Origin: Perkinsus olseni
Lineage: Eukaryota
Assembly: GCA_013115125.1 (NCBI GenBank)
Contig: JABANN010000327.1
Location: 1-39,054 of the forward strand
Reading direction: 5' to 3'
Length of the DNA stretch: 39,054 bases
The notes below the pieces were generated by a model. It was not told the origin of the DNA, ran no database searches, and saw only the letters and a list, made by a program, of their open reading frames with translations. Below, one piece after another: positions 1 to 11,010 of the stretch (its first letter is position 1; each line of letters opens with the position of its first letter). Both the position numbers and the translations under genes were made by a program.

Positions 1-142
1 TGTCACTTGTGATAAGTCTGTTACGGTTTACTTATCGCTAAGCAAGTCACGCGTCTAAGTTCATTCACGCGCAACGGGCTGCTTTCGAAGCGGTTCACAC
101 ACGGGCTCCATGAACTCAGTACTTATACCTCTCCAGTTATCA

Positions 143-755
143 ATGAACACTATCGGAGTACTCCTCGTCATCGTAGCTACTGTGACCAGTCAGCCGGACT
201 GGAGTAGCGTGAACCTCGAGCCCCCAGTGGAGCCGGCCCCTACTGAGAGCCCGGTAGACTTCAGCGGCATTGTCCTCGAGCCTCTGCCGGGTCAGGCTCC
301 CACAGGAGGACAGCTCGACTTGAGTGGGATCACCCTTGATCCCCCGGTCACACCTGCGTCCTCTGGGAGCCAGATAGACTGGAGTAGCGTCAGTCTTGAG
401 GCGCCGGCGACCACTGGGACTGGGCTGGACTGGTCAAGCGTCACCTTGGAAGACCCGTGGGTTGCTACAACTGATCAGCCCACCCATCAAAAGTAAGTTC
501 TACATTTAACTCGAAGAAATCAGTTCAAATTCTTCGACACTCTTCAGGGCTGCGGAGACCGAGGAGCACGCGACCTGCGACGATCGCAGCACGGTCACCA
601 GCGGCTGTCCTACGGCGCTGTTGGGAGTCCTCCTAGCCACATCGCTGGCCAGCCTGCTCGCCAATATCGTGCAAGCCTGGCTGCTCAAGAAGCTGCTCTC
701 ACGGAGCTCCATGGTGATACAGGAGAGTGTAGACCTCGAGCTGGGGAACAGGTGA
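143..755 (+). CDS. DWS-repeat type-I membrane protein, copy 1 (intact; exons 143-492, 548-755): signal peptide, 5 DW/FS-x-V/I-x-LE repeats, TM helix, short tail
   Basis: The ORF-track ORF 110-496 stops inside a GTAAGT donor at 493. Splicing to ttcAG at 547 (55-nt intron, phase 2) continues in frame: KAAETEEHATCDDRSTVTSGCPTALLGVLLATSLASLLANIVQAWLLKKLLSRSSMVIQESVDLELGNR*. ATG143 opens a hydrophobic leader, MNTIGVLLVIVATVTS. Confidence 0.85.
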
Positions 756-1708
756 GGAGAGTCTCAACATGAAACATAGACTCGTACCCATTATCGATTA
801 CCCTCGACACTTTATCCAGGATAGAGCTTGTAGTTGACCATGGCATTCCAGAATCTCCTGTTCAGATACTCCCACGGGCTGACGGCAGCAGCCGTAAAGG
901 AAGTGTCTATCGGCCTCTAACATCTCTGCATCATTGCATGATATTGAGTTGTTATTGCGGAACGAGAGAGCCCTTGAGTTATAGTAGTGAATCACTACTA
1001 GTGATCAGCTGAGCTGACGCAGCTCGTATCTTGCGCCGAATCAGCGCGCGCCCCCTTGCGCTGCGTGGTGGATCTCCGGCGTTCTCAGATGGGACAGGAT
1101 CTGGATCTGAGACTCTCAGGATCTCTGATGCAGAATCTGGTAGAGAGTATTAACTAGATACGGCACACAAAAATAAGCGAGGTCTAGCGGCGCTGGACTG
1201 GGGCGCAGTGAGTCACTGCCAGAGTCTCGGGAGCTGACACCTAAGAGCCTCACTCTTGCCCTCACGCGCTGCGAGCTTATTCACTAGAGTCCTTCACCCA
1301 ATTTTCGGACCACGCATGCAACCGATCCACAGCACAAGTTGTGGTCCACAATACAGTTGATCGAGAAAACGTTTTCACCGGCTTGGTGACATGCCCTTCT
1401 TGAACGTACTCGAAGCGCTCCTGGGACGCCGTCCCACATCTATAGGCGGTACGAGGGAATGAGAAAGACAGAAGATACCGCTTCATGCATCTCAGCCACA
1501 CAGAACGTCCACACTAAACTGGCCACCCAACAGTAGTACTGTTACAGTACCAATTTGGTACTACCAAACCTCGTCCGATGGAAGACTTGCGATGGTCGAC
1601 AATCTCCATTGCGGCGTGTAATTTGTCCCGATGAGAAGTCCGAAAGGCTTTTGAAAGCTTTTGTTGCCCAGTAACACAAAAATGATCATCCATCAGAAAC
1701 ATGCGACA

Positions 1709-2171
1709 TCAGAGAACTCCTTCCTTTCTCAATAACTGACCCTTCGCTGTCTTGATTTGAGGCTCAAGAGCCCTGCCCACCAGCCGATTCCATCGATCTC
1801 GAGCCTTGTTCTTCCATTGCTTTGGCTGCGGCACCAACTTACCTTCGTAGAACATTCTGAGAAGAAGAGGTTCGATATTCCATCCAGAGCATATCGTTGC
1901 TTCACCACACTTTGAGAGGAAAAACTGGCGGCCGCAATTTACCAATATTACACATGCTTGTTGGCTATAGGATCATGCTTTCGTAAGGCCATTCGTAAGT
2001 CCTTCTTAGTTGGTGATTTATCCGTCACAAACCGATATCCCGTTTGTGCTGCGGAATACATAATGACCGTCTGAAAAACACAGCACGCACATGATATCCC
2101 GCACAGCTCCCTGCATAACTTACGATGCGCTGCGACTTCGTCCGCAAGAGCGGAGTTGAGAGGAAGAGCAT
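1709..2171 (-). CDS. MRPL33: Mitochondrial ribosomal protein L33 (bL33m) with C-terminal extension; exons 2171-2124, 2070-1952, 1856-~1709
   Basis: Spliced product MLFLSTPLLRTKSQRITVIMYSAAQTGYRFVTDKSPTKKDLRMALRKHDPIANKHVMFYEGKL... matches the L33 pattern (SxAxTG[YF]...L.KxDP...KHVxFxE). Introns are canonical GT-AG. The 3' end is uncertain; further exons toward ~1300 are possible. Confidence 0.85.
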
Positions 2172-2295
2172 AAGTTGGCGATCTCAAACTGGAGAGCAGA
2201 ACAACGAGAACGACTCCCCCGTCTCACAGAACTCTAGGGCGGTGGATCTCAGAAACTCTGAATTCAGAAACTTGTGGTGATTGTGAGCATGTCCG

Positions 2296-4721
2296 TCACA
2301 TGCTACTGCCGCTGCTGTTATGGTGGTCTTGAGACTTCAGCCACTCCACCACTCGATTGGCTCGCTCTTCCCGTTCAATACCATTACGAGCTGCTTCCTC
2401 CGAGTTCACCCGGGTGGCTTCCTCAGCAGTTATCGTAACGTCAAGTATGAAAGGCATGACCTTGTCCTGACACGTTGAACGAAGGTGATGATGTGAGTGG
2501 CAAGAAAGATAGCACAGGAAAGAAGCTACCTCTATCTCGTAATGACACCCCATCATCCGTAGTATGGCCGCAACTTCCAGGTGGAAGCCGCTAGAGACAG
2601 GAAAATACATCGAGTCAAAACTGTCGTCGGACATTAGCAAACCAGCAACTACACCGTCCACAATACCGACTTTCCGCGGCCAGTCACTTCTTACTATCAG
2701 CGAGAACCGGTAGGTCCGCTTGAACCATGCCGTACTGGTAACACTGGACCATTTGAATAAGCCTTCGCTTGAGCGCTCTAGTGGTTCGTTTCCTGAGATG
2801 AAGACGATGGTCGATCGTTGCGAATACACTCCTTACTCAAGAAGACTCCGAACGAGGCTGTCGAGGTACAAGCCGCTGCCAGCGTAGGGCAGATGAGCGC
2901 AAGCTTGCAAGATGGCGAAGTAGTCACTGAATGATTCGCATGTCGGTGTTCGATCAGCAACGTCACCAGCAGCTTGCGCTGCAAGAGAAGAACAGCTCCC
3001 GGGCCGACAAAGTCGCAGAGGGAATGAACAGTATCGTCTCACTTGCTGCCGAATCCAGTTGACGCCAGATTGAGATAGTCCAGCGATCTTCCTTCATGTC
3101 GAGGGTGCTCATTGCGCCCAACATCTAAGTATCATCAGCATCCCTACCGCTGCAACCCACCAGCATACCTGCGCCAGAATCTCCTGCGGTACCGCCTGTA
3201 GGTTACCAACAACTGCGTCTAGGATGCGACCACACAAATCTTCGTCTCGATACCGCACTGTAGCCAATCCCGTCAAAATCTCGCCGTATTGTCTATTTGT
3301 CAGATCAGTGAACCTGAGCCGCGTCGTTGCACGACACGAGCGCAGAGCAGTATCACCTGGTTCCCATCTCTTTGGTCAAACTAGCGTAGAGGTCATCATC
3401 TTCCAACGAACGGTGAGTGTAGCTCACTACCAGGCTCACTAATTCGGTAGTGCTGAAAACTGAGGGATCGTCCTGAAAAAATCACAGTACACGTTCGCGC
3501 TACCAGGAATACGATGGTATCATCCATCTGAATATCGGTACCATAGGCTAAGCAAAAAGCTAAACTCTAGAGCCCTTCAGCCCCACCGCTCATGCATATC
3601 ACCTGTATCCTTTTAGCCATTATATACATCCAGAACTCATCAACGCATTTGCTGTTATCACCCACAGCGCTAGCAAACCGAACGATATCACGGTGCGATA
3701 CGTCACCAAGATGGTCACATACACGGTCAGAGAAGCCTCCCACAACCTAATAAAAACAGATTAGGTAATGCGTGTCGACTCTGCAACTGCAGCTCACCTC
3801 AGGTAGCACGCCCTGATCAAAACGTGTCTTGCACCAGGACATGAAATCAGCAATCTCCTCAACGGACCACTCTTCAGCTCGCAATACTTGAGAATTGCCG
3901 CATATCTAACACCCGTGAATGCTGTCTAAGACCAATTTTCCCTGGCTTCCACCGAAGACTGCTTCCCAACCCTTACTACCTCCTTGACGACCAAAACATC
4001 ACCTAGAGTCTTCAAGATGATTTGCAGATCCCTCGGAGTAGCCGGCACTAGGCCCTCCGTGGACACAGGAGTTGCTGGCTGAGAATCTTCACCTGCCTCC
4101 GAAGGATCGGCCTGAGATTTGACAACCGGTTAGCACCTCTAAATCAGATAATCTAATCCGCCCGAGCGCGGACACGTACTTCGGGAAACGGTGCATGATG
4201 CGCGCATATCCTGGCAATATGACGTCTGATTAGCTGCGCTACGTTTCGCTGGACTCTGCTAACCAAGACTGTCGCTACTTCTCTTGGGGAGATCTTCAAT
4301 CCCGGGCAGGAAGGGTCCACCGACCTCAAAATCCTAAAGGAAGAGCCTTCGAGCTCCATAGCAGGGAATATCTCATATGAGCACCGCATCTCTCAAGCCA
4401 ACGCGTATCTTACTCGTAGAGCTCCTCTTCCGTCATTCTGCTCCTGCTCCCGGCGCTCCTATCCTGCTCCCACGGAGCTGAAGTACTACCTCTGGCAACC
4501 GTAGCATGTGGGGCTTCCGAGATAGGTCGTTTAGCCAGCCGAGGCCTCGTGTAATCCTTTGGATATTCCGACTCGGTTAATCCGGCTGGCTCCTCCACAG
4601 CGGGTGGCGCCGACGAGATGCGCGACCTCAGATGCGGCGGCAAGGGCGTCATGACACGTGTCGCTGTCATGGTGGCCAGATGCCGTGCGAGGGTGAATGT
4701 CGAAATCGATGGTAACGGCAT
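2296..4721 (-). CDS. Multi-exon helical-repeat (HPR/FASTK-like) protein with a RAP-like C-terminus, probably mitochondrial RNA-binding
   Basis: The N-terminus MPLPSISTFTLARHLATMTATRVMTPLPPHLRSR resembles a transit peptide. Internal exons read FSTTELVSLVVSYTHRSLEDDDLYASL and FTDLTNRQYGEILTGLATVRYRDEDL (helical-repeat-like). The C-terminus has SSGFHLEVAAILRMMGCHYEIE...PFILDVTI (RAP-like start). Many short GT-AG introns; the exact exon set was not fully resolved. Confidence 0.6.
3587..3748. repeat. 162-nt segment identical to 10199-10360
   Basis: Base-by-base comparison from cgctcatgcatatcacc to gcctcccacaacct shows no mismatch. Flanks differ. Confidence 0.9.
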
Positions 4722-5128
4722 TCAAAAATACTCCGGTAAAACTGAGAGTAATATAATGGGCCACCGACAGCGGCCCGATGTTGCCCATCCACCAAAATCC
4801 TACTCAGTGAGAACACAACAGCATAATCGATTATTTGGAGACGGCGATTCTTGCCGGTAATCGAAACACCGCATCGGTTGCAAGGTACTACATGCCAAGA
4901 ACTTTCAATCAAGAAACTTACCAGCACCCACTGTGGGTGAGCCATAGCACCCGCGAAAATCGAGTGCCGCGCTGCTTGACGCCTTACCGCTACTTGGCTT
5001 CCGGTAGCGACCGTTTGCATGAAACATGCATTCTGACTCGAGAGTCTGCGATAATGGTCGCTAGAACTGCGTTGTGCTCGAATTTACTAACCTGGTCCAC
5101 GGATTCAGTAATAATTCTTGCTCACATC

Positions 5129-5686
5129 ATGCACGCCGTCGGAGCAATCCTCGCTAGCGCCACTATCATGGTCAGCGGATTGGACTTGAGTGGTATCAGG
5201 CTAGATGGGCCAGGAACGCCGTCACCGGCTGGAGGAGAGGTGGATCTCTCCGGCATCAGTCTTGAGGATCCAGCCACTGCGTCGCCCGTGGCACCGGGGC
5301 TGGACTGGTCGGGCATCAGCCTCGAAGATCCGAGCCCGACGACCGTCGCAACCGAGCTCGACTGGAGCAGTGTCAGCCTCGAGAGTCCGGCAAGCTGGGC
5401 GGATGAGAAGCCAAGCGAGCAAGATTAAGCCGGCATTCACTCCGGGACTTAGCTATCTCACCTCCTGTGCGCCCTCCTTAGCACTACGAAGGCTGAAGGC
5501 ATGCCGCCGACATCCGAGCAGAACAGTACGAGTTGCTCGCAGTATCCGGCGGCCTCGGTCGGAGCCCTGCTGGCCGTCGTTCTGGTCGGGCTCCTGGCCA
5601 GTATCGCACAGATCTGGCTTCTCAAGAAACTCCTCTCCAGGATCCCGCCTCGAGAGGCGGTCGACCTTGAGCAGGGAAACAGGTAG
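5129..5686 (+). CDS. DWS-repeat membrane protein, copy 2 (4 repeats; exon 1 5129-~5418/5424, exon 2 5482-5686); canonical donor altered
   Basis: MHAVGAILASATIMVSG followed by LDLSGIRLD, VDLSGISLE, LDWSGISLE, LDWSSVSLE. The acceptor ctccttAG (5481) is phase 2 into TTKAEGMPP...GALLAVVLVGLLASIAQIWLLKKLLSRIPPREAVDLEQGNR*, homologous to exon 2 of copy 1. The homologous donor position reads TTAAGC instead of GTAAGT. Confidence 0.75.
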
Positions 5687-8600
5687 GAAAACCACGCAAG
5701 ATGTCTACTAGCGACCATCCGCACGATATGACACAGATCTACTGACAACGATCCAGAATGTTTCAGATCCAACAGCCGGGAAGTGTCCGAGAAGGAGACC
5801 ACGAGTGGACTCTGACATAGTTGAGTTACCATATATCTGTTGTTGAATAGTATTCTCATTGCGTTGTCGAGTCGGAACGACCAAACCGCAGCTCATACCA
5901 AAGCCTCAAACATATACGATGAATACTCCCGGAGAAGATCCTCCTCAGGAGAATGATCAATGTAAAGCATCCCCAATGAGCGATGACAACGGCGAGAACG
6001 ACGTGACGAGATCGCCCGCAGCCAACAAAATATCACATCTTGCGCCGATTCCGCGCGCGCCATCCTTCCGCGCAGTGTCGACTGGCGGATGTGGTCAATG
6101 AGCACTTCTCCGAAGAAGCAGCGAGCTAGAGCGTCAGACGACTTTGTATTACGAAGTTCGTAAAAACATTGACAGCCGCCTCTCTATCGCGGGACAAAGT
6201 ACTACGTCAGGAAGCGAGAGAGAACATGACGCCACACGCAGATCATTAAGTGCCATCCGAGGAACGCAACGCACGGCGTGCGTTGCGTCGCACGCACATC
6301 ACCCAACATCATTCGAACGGCTCGATGAGTCGCATGGCAACCGGGCTCTTTTTCCCGTCCGAGCGGCCGGGTGGGGTGAGCCTACTGTGACGGACCATTC
6401 GGTGGGAATCCCAACCGCTTTGCTCGGCCCGGGAACGGTCGGACCGTTACGGTCCCATCAAATCGAGTCGCAATGCAACACTTGATGATGACCATCATCA
6501 TCGCCGCCGACGTCGCCGCTGCAGCTTTTCCTAGGCCAGTTTATGGATGTTCTTCCAACAGCATCATCCGAGTTCGTGAACCCCCACTCTTATGAAGACA
6601 AACAAGAGGCAATAACAGCCATTGAGTGGCTCAGACGCAAGGCATGCCGCTCGACGGCACAGCGGAAGAGTCCAGTGAACTCCCTTCATAGAGGAGCACT
6701 ATTACCAGCCAAGGGAATGGCCCCGAATACTAGTGAATCACCGCGACCTATTTCATAACGAAATGCAAGCAAAACAGCACCATCATCGAGCGGCACTTCT
6801 CATTCGTCCCCAACACCGGGAGACTGAAACACGGCGGCATAGCTCTAAGTTGTAGCACTGAACGTTAGCTAGTCCCGGTAGCCATCCTTAGTACCTTCCA
6901 TATGCACAGAGTTCGTAGTCGCACAGCGAACGTCGTATATTGCTCACTCAGTGAGCCTCACTGCTACGCTCGCCAGTGCCGTAGTAGCGAGCACTCAAGG
7001 ACGTGCCTCGTAAGCAGTGAGAAAATCTCCAAGCTCCCAGGCATATCTTGATCGTGATCAACGGGCGTATCGCTACAGAGGAGAGGAGAAATAATTAATC
7101 TTTAAAGCGCTACTTCGGATTCCCGCCTTCTCCATTCATAGTTCCCGGCTCCGTAACTACAAATTGAGCGAAATAGGCAAGCACTAACATCACAAAAACA
7201 GCAGCAGCAAGCCTAGCGGCTAGGCTTGTGATATGTCGTGATATGGCTAGGCCCCAGCCATATCACGACGCAATACGTCAGCAACAGAAGCCTCTGACGA
7301 CCTGACATGAACGCGGTTGCAGAAAGGCACGAGCCGTTATCGCCCCCATTAAGCTCTAGCAGCACTCCACGGCGAACACGTGAATATATGACGACTTGAA
7401 ATCATCGAACTCCTTAACGGACCAATCCTCAGCTTTAACGCCCCCATTTCCTCCGTCTCCAAAAAAGTCTCCGAGAAAGATCTCACTCATTCCGATACAA
7501 TTTGCTGCCTTGAAAATCGAGAATCAATTCGATCCGGTTGGTGACTTTTACTACTGCCTTCCACTCGTTGAGTCTAAACAGAAGCAGTCCAGAGAGGAGT
7601 TCTCCGAGTGCATACCAATCCATCGGTCCGAGTCAGCGTCAGACCTTTAGTAAAGGTTGCCTATGGTCACTCACCTGCTGTCTGGCACGATCTTAACTGG
7701 TGTTGTCACGAAAACACTGCCGAGGGCGGCCTGGTAACCGAGGGCCAGCTTAGCCGAAACCGACAGGTTCCCCTTCGCACGTGGCCTCGATTCGTACACT
7801 CTCCCGAACTCCTGACCTGAGACCAGAAGAGGATGCTACGACACCCCGCCCGGAGGCCTCCTACTGCACAATACGAAGTAGCACGTCCAGGGAGCCCTTA
7901 TGGACCATAAGTTATGGTACGGCTACCCGTTCCCATCCACAGCCAGCACAACTGGACTCCACAACAACATTCAGCCGCGTCTCTGCCGTGTCCAGGGGAC
8001 ACCTGGCTGCACGGTAGTGAACTCCAGCTCTGTGGAAGACATCCTCACATGACAAACGTGCTGAAGGCCGCACCCGCAGCGCTCGAGCTTGCCGCACAGA
8101 AATCTATCCCAACGAAGCTGGAGACGGCTCGCGAGCGGGGACCGAGAGGACCAGCGCCATGATGTCGAAAGTTATGAAAAAACTACCGATGAAGTTCCAC
8201 GTTAAAGATGCCACGTGGCACGTGGCACGTGCTAGTACTTTTAAGGAACAACCCGGCACGACTTAGGAGCCATCTCTCGCCAGCAGCAAGCAGTGGAAGC
8301 TGCTGGAGCTCCTCATCCCGGATCTATCACTCGACTGATCGTCACCCTGCGAGCAGAGCACCACATCGGAGTAACGACAACAAGTGAGGCGTCATAAAAC
8401 GAGATGCCACCATGATGGCTAGAACTCGCCGGTACCATGAAGATGTGTGCCGGCGGCGCCCATGATAGTATCCAACGAGTCCAGAATTCGCAAAGGAGAT
8501 TTAAGGGCGGTCTTCTCCATCAACAATCATCGTTGGATCGTGACAATGAACGAATGGAAGGACGAAGCCAAAACCGCCGGCTTTCCGGTGATGCCTAGCC

Positions 8601-9508
8601 CCTGCTATCCCACGAGCGCTCAACGATCCTCTTTAACACGAGACTCAAATTAGGCGAAGGAAAGAACCATACAGTGAATGGCATACACCATGCAGGGAGG
8701 CACGACACCGACGACGCGTCAGTAGCTGGGCAAGGCGTATATTGAGAATCGGAAGTGATAATCGAGCGCAACGCATCTGAGAAGTCGAGACGCAACCTCG
8801 CTTCCGTTTCCAAGTAGAGAACTGAGGGGGAATCGTGTGGGAATCCCACCCATAAAAGCAGGGTCCATCAAACAGGAGCACTATCCATCTCGTTAGCAGT
8901 ACCTGTGCCAATCTGAAGTCGCAAGACTGCTTCTTGTGCCTCTCTGATACGCTTGGAATGCAGCCAACCATCCTCACTATGACTAGAGCTTCCATCTGGA
9001 ACTCGCCGAATTCGGAGAGATACATAGGGTCAGAACTGCTACGGGAGCGAGGCTCGTTCCCGATCTCCTGTAGACAGGGATTTCGCCCGACAGTCAGCGA
9101 TACTGGTAGTCAATTATGCCGCACTAATAGTACTGCCTCATTTGAATGATTCAAATTGAATCAGTCTCACTTTGAGAGCGGTGGCCCTTCGGTAAACGAT
9201 GTTCGTTCGCTGATACACGTACCACCAAAATAGATAGACCATCTATTCGGTAGATGTCCCAAAGTCATGCATATGCATATATAACACCCACATAATAGTC
9301 GTTCGCCTAACCGCGACCATCAGGCGCCGAAAGAGATTGTGGGTTCCGAGCGGAAGCCGGCGTATGGAAATGAGCACAAGTTCACAAGAGGGCAACGGAG
9401 TCTCCACGATTCGCTTCTCGGTCCCCAATTCACAAAGTCGCCAGGAATATCGATCACAGGAAAACAATAGCTCCGTGACCGACAGAATCGGAGGATGGGT
9501 CAACGACA

Positions 9509-9575
9509 GGCGCTCACTCACAACGGCCCCCGTCAAGTGGGCCCCACTTGACGGGGGCCGTTGTGAGTGAGCGCC
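9509..9575. repeat. Perfect palindrome, 33-bp arms, 1-nt centre
   Basis: ggcgctcactcacaacggcccccgtcaagtggg-c-cccacttgacgggggccgttgtgagtgagcgcc. Confidence 0.95.
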
Positions 9576-9579
9576 GCCA

Positions 9580-9687
9580 ATAGCCCCCATATTGGGGGGA
9601 ATTGGGGAAAAAAAAGGCCGGAAACCCGAACCCCGCCGCAANNNNNNNNNNGGCCCAAAAAAAAAAACCCCCCCCCCCACCACAAAC

Positions 9688-9720
<33 letters not shown>

Positions 9721-9762
9721 CGGGGGCCCCCCGGGGGGGGGGGGGGTTTGTTGGCCCCCCGC
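9580..9762. other. Low-quality homopolymer-rich sequence around a short N gap
   Basis: Runs of C, G and A flank a run of Ns and are bracketed by hairpins at 9509-9575 and 9763-9793. This is typical of failing reads. Confidence 0.8.
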
Positions 9763-9778
9763 CGCAATGAGCCCACTT

Positions 9779-10900
9779 AGTGGGCTCATTGCGTCAAGAA
9801 TCTGACCGTAACCAGTACCCCCTCGTCATAGCGTGCCACTATACTGGTGTCGGAACTTACAACAGGAGCTGATATTAGCAGCACTTGACTCCATATCTTT
9901 GAACAAACTAGGCCCTAGTTACTAGGGTAGAGCCTCTACCGTAGAGGTCATCATCCTCCACGGAACAACGAGTTTAGCTTACTATCAGTCAAAGTTTTCG
10001 GCACTACCAACTCAGCTTGAGAGTCAAACTAGTATGGTACTACCACAATGATAGTGCCGAAAACCGAGGGGTCGAAAAACTTTAAGATCACAGTAGACCA
10101 CACGTCCAACGAGAAATACGACCACAGCATTCATCAACGTACCAAACCATGGATGAATTGAGAAGCTCAACTGCGGAGCCCCACAGATTTCACCGGAACG
10201 CTCATGCATATCACCTGTATCCTTTTAGCCATTATATACATCCAGAACTCATCAACGCATTTGCTGTTATCACCCACAGCGCTAGCAAACCGAACGATAT
10301 CACGGTGCGATACGTCACCAAGATGGTCACATACACGGTCAGAGAAGCCTCCCACAACCTGGCATACACGCAGTGGAAGGTCCCTGCCGCTGCCACTCGC
10401 CTCGGATAGCGTGCCCCGGTGCAAACATACCTCGCAACCAGACATGAAATCAGCGATCTCATCCAGTGACCAGTCATCAGCCCGCAGCACTAGGAGATAT
10501 CCGCATATCTAAAACCAATACCCGCGACACCTCTTTGACCACCAGATCATCACCCTGAGGCTCTGGGCCAGAGAGTTCATGATCATTTGAAGATCACTCG
10601 GAGTGGCCTCTACTTGGCCCTTGCTGGATACTGCGTCGGGCTGGCGGAACTTCCCCACCTGCTTCCCAAGGGTCGGTTTGAGACGAAACAACCGGGTGGC
10701 ATATCTCATCCATCCCAGCGCAATACTCATAGGGCTTCCGTATTCGCGCTCGCGTCCATCCCGAAACTCATGTCGATTTAATGTGGAGTTCAGATCATTA
10801 GTGACCTCTGATGCGGCGGCAACGGCGTCATGACGCGTGTCGCTGTCAAGGTGGTGAGATGCCGTTTCAACGTTAGTGTCGTGGTCGGTGGTAACGGCAT
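9779..10900 (-). pseudogene. Truncated, degenerate paralog of the HPR/RAP-like gene at 2296-4721
   Basis: Starts MPLPPTTTLTLKRHLTTLTATRVMTPLPPHQRS, then reaches a stop. Shares ATPSDLQMI, LRADDWSLDEIADFMS, the identical 162-nt tract, VEDDDLY and YGQIL blocks. Has a 28-nt insertion at 9912-9939. Homology ends at ~9779 and the RAP-like half is absent. Confidence 0.7.
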
Positions 10901-11010
10901 GCGAGTATACGAGTGCTATAATGGGACTGTAAAAACTAGAACGTGGTCTGATGGGCCGTACTTCCCATCCTCTTGAATCGTGGTTTCAGCATCATTGCTC
11001 CCCGCACACA

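Noticed and set aside
190-460. CRISPR-like repeat-spacer periodicity (gactggagtagcgt...ctcgag)
   Set aside because: The repeats are degenerate at codon third positions and in frame, so they are protein repeats. The context is eukaryotic with no cas genes.
110-496. Stand-alone secreted peptide-precursor ORF plus a separate small TM ORF (RiPP-like operon reading)
   Set aside because: A canonical in-frame intron joins the two parts into one gene, and no modifying enzyme or protease gene is recognisable nearby.
4835-5128. Long N-terminal extension of the 197-aa ORF
   Set aside because: It starts at a non-ATG codon and has no counterpart in the paralogs. ATG5129 aligns with the family's signal peptide.
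8210-8232. Three tandem CACGTG (G-box/E-box-like) motifs
   Set aside because: Explained equally well by a 7-nt micro-duplication, and no adjacent gene start was identified.
5700-9500. Numerous short ORFs; possible decayed mobile element
   Set aside because: No recognisable motifs, terminal repeats or consistent exon chain by eye, so left unannotated.
9243-9805. Poly-Pro/poly-Gly ORFs and an apparent G-quadruplex tract
   Set aside because: Derived from low-quality homopolymer sequence beside an N gap.
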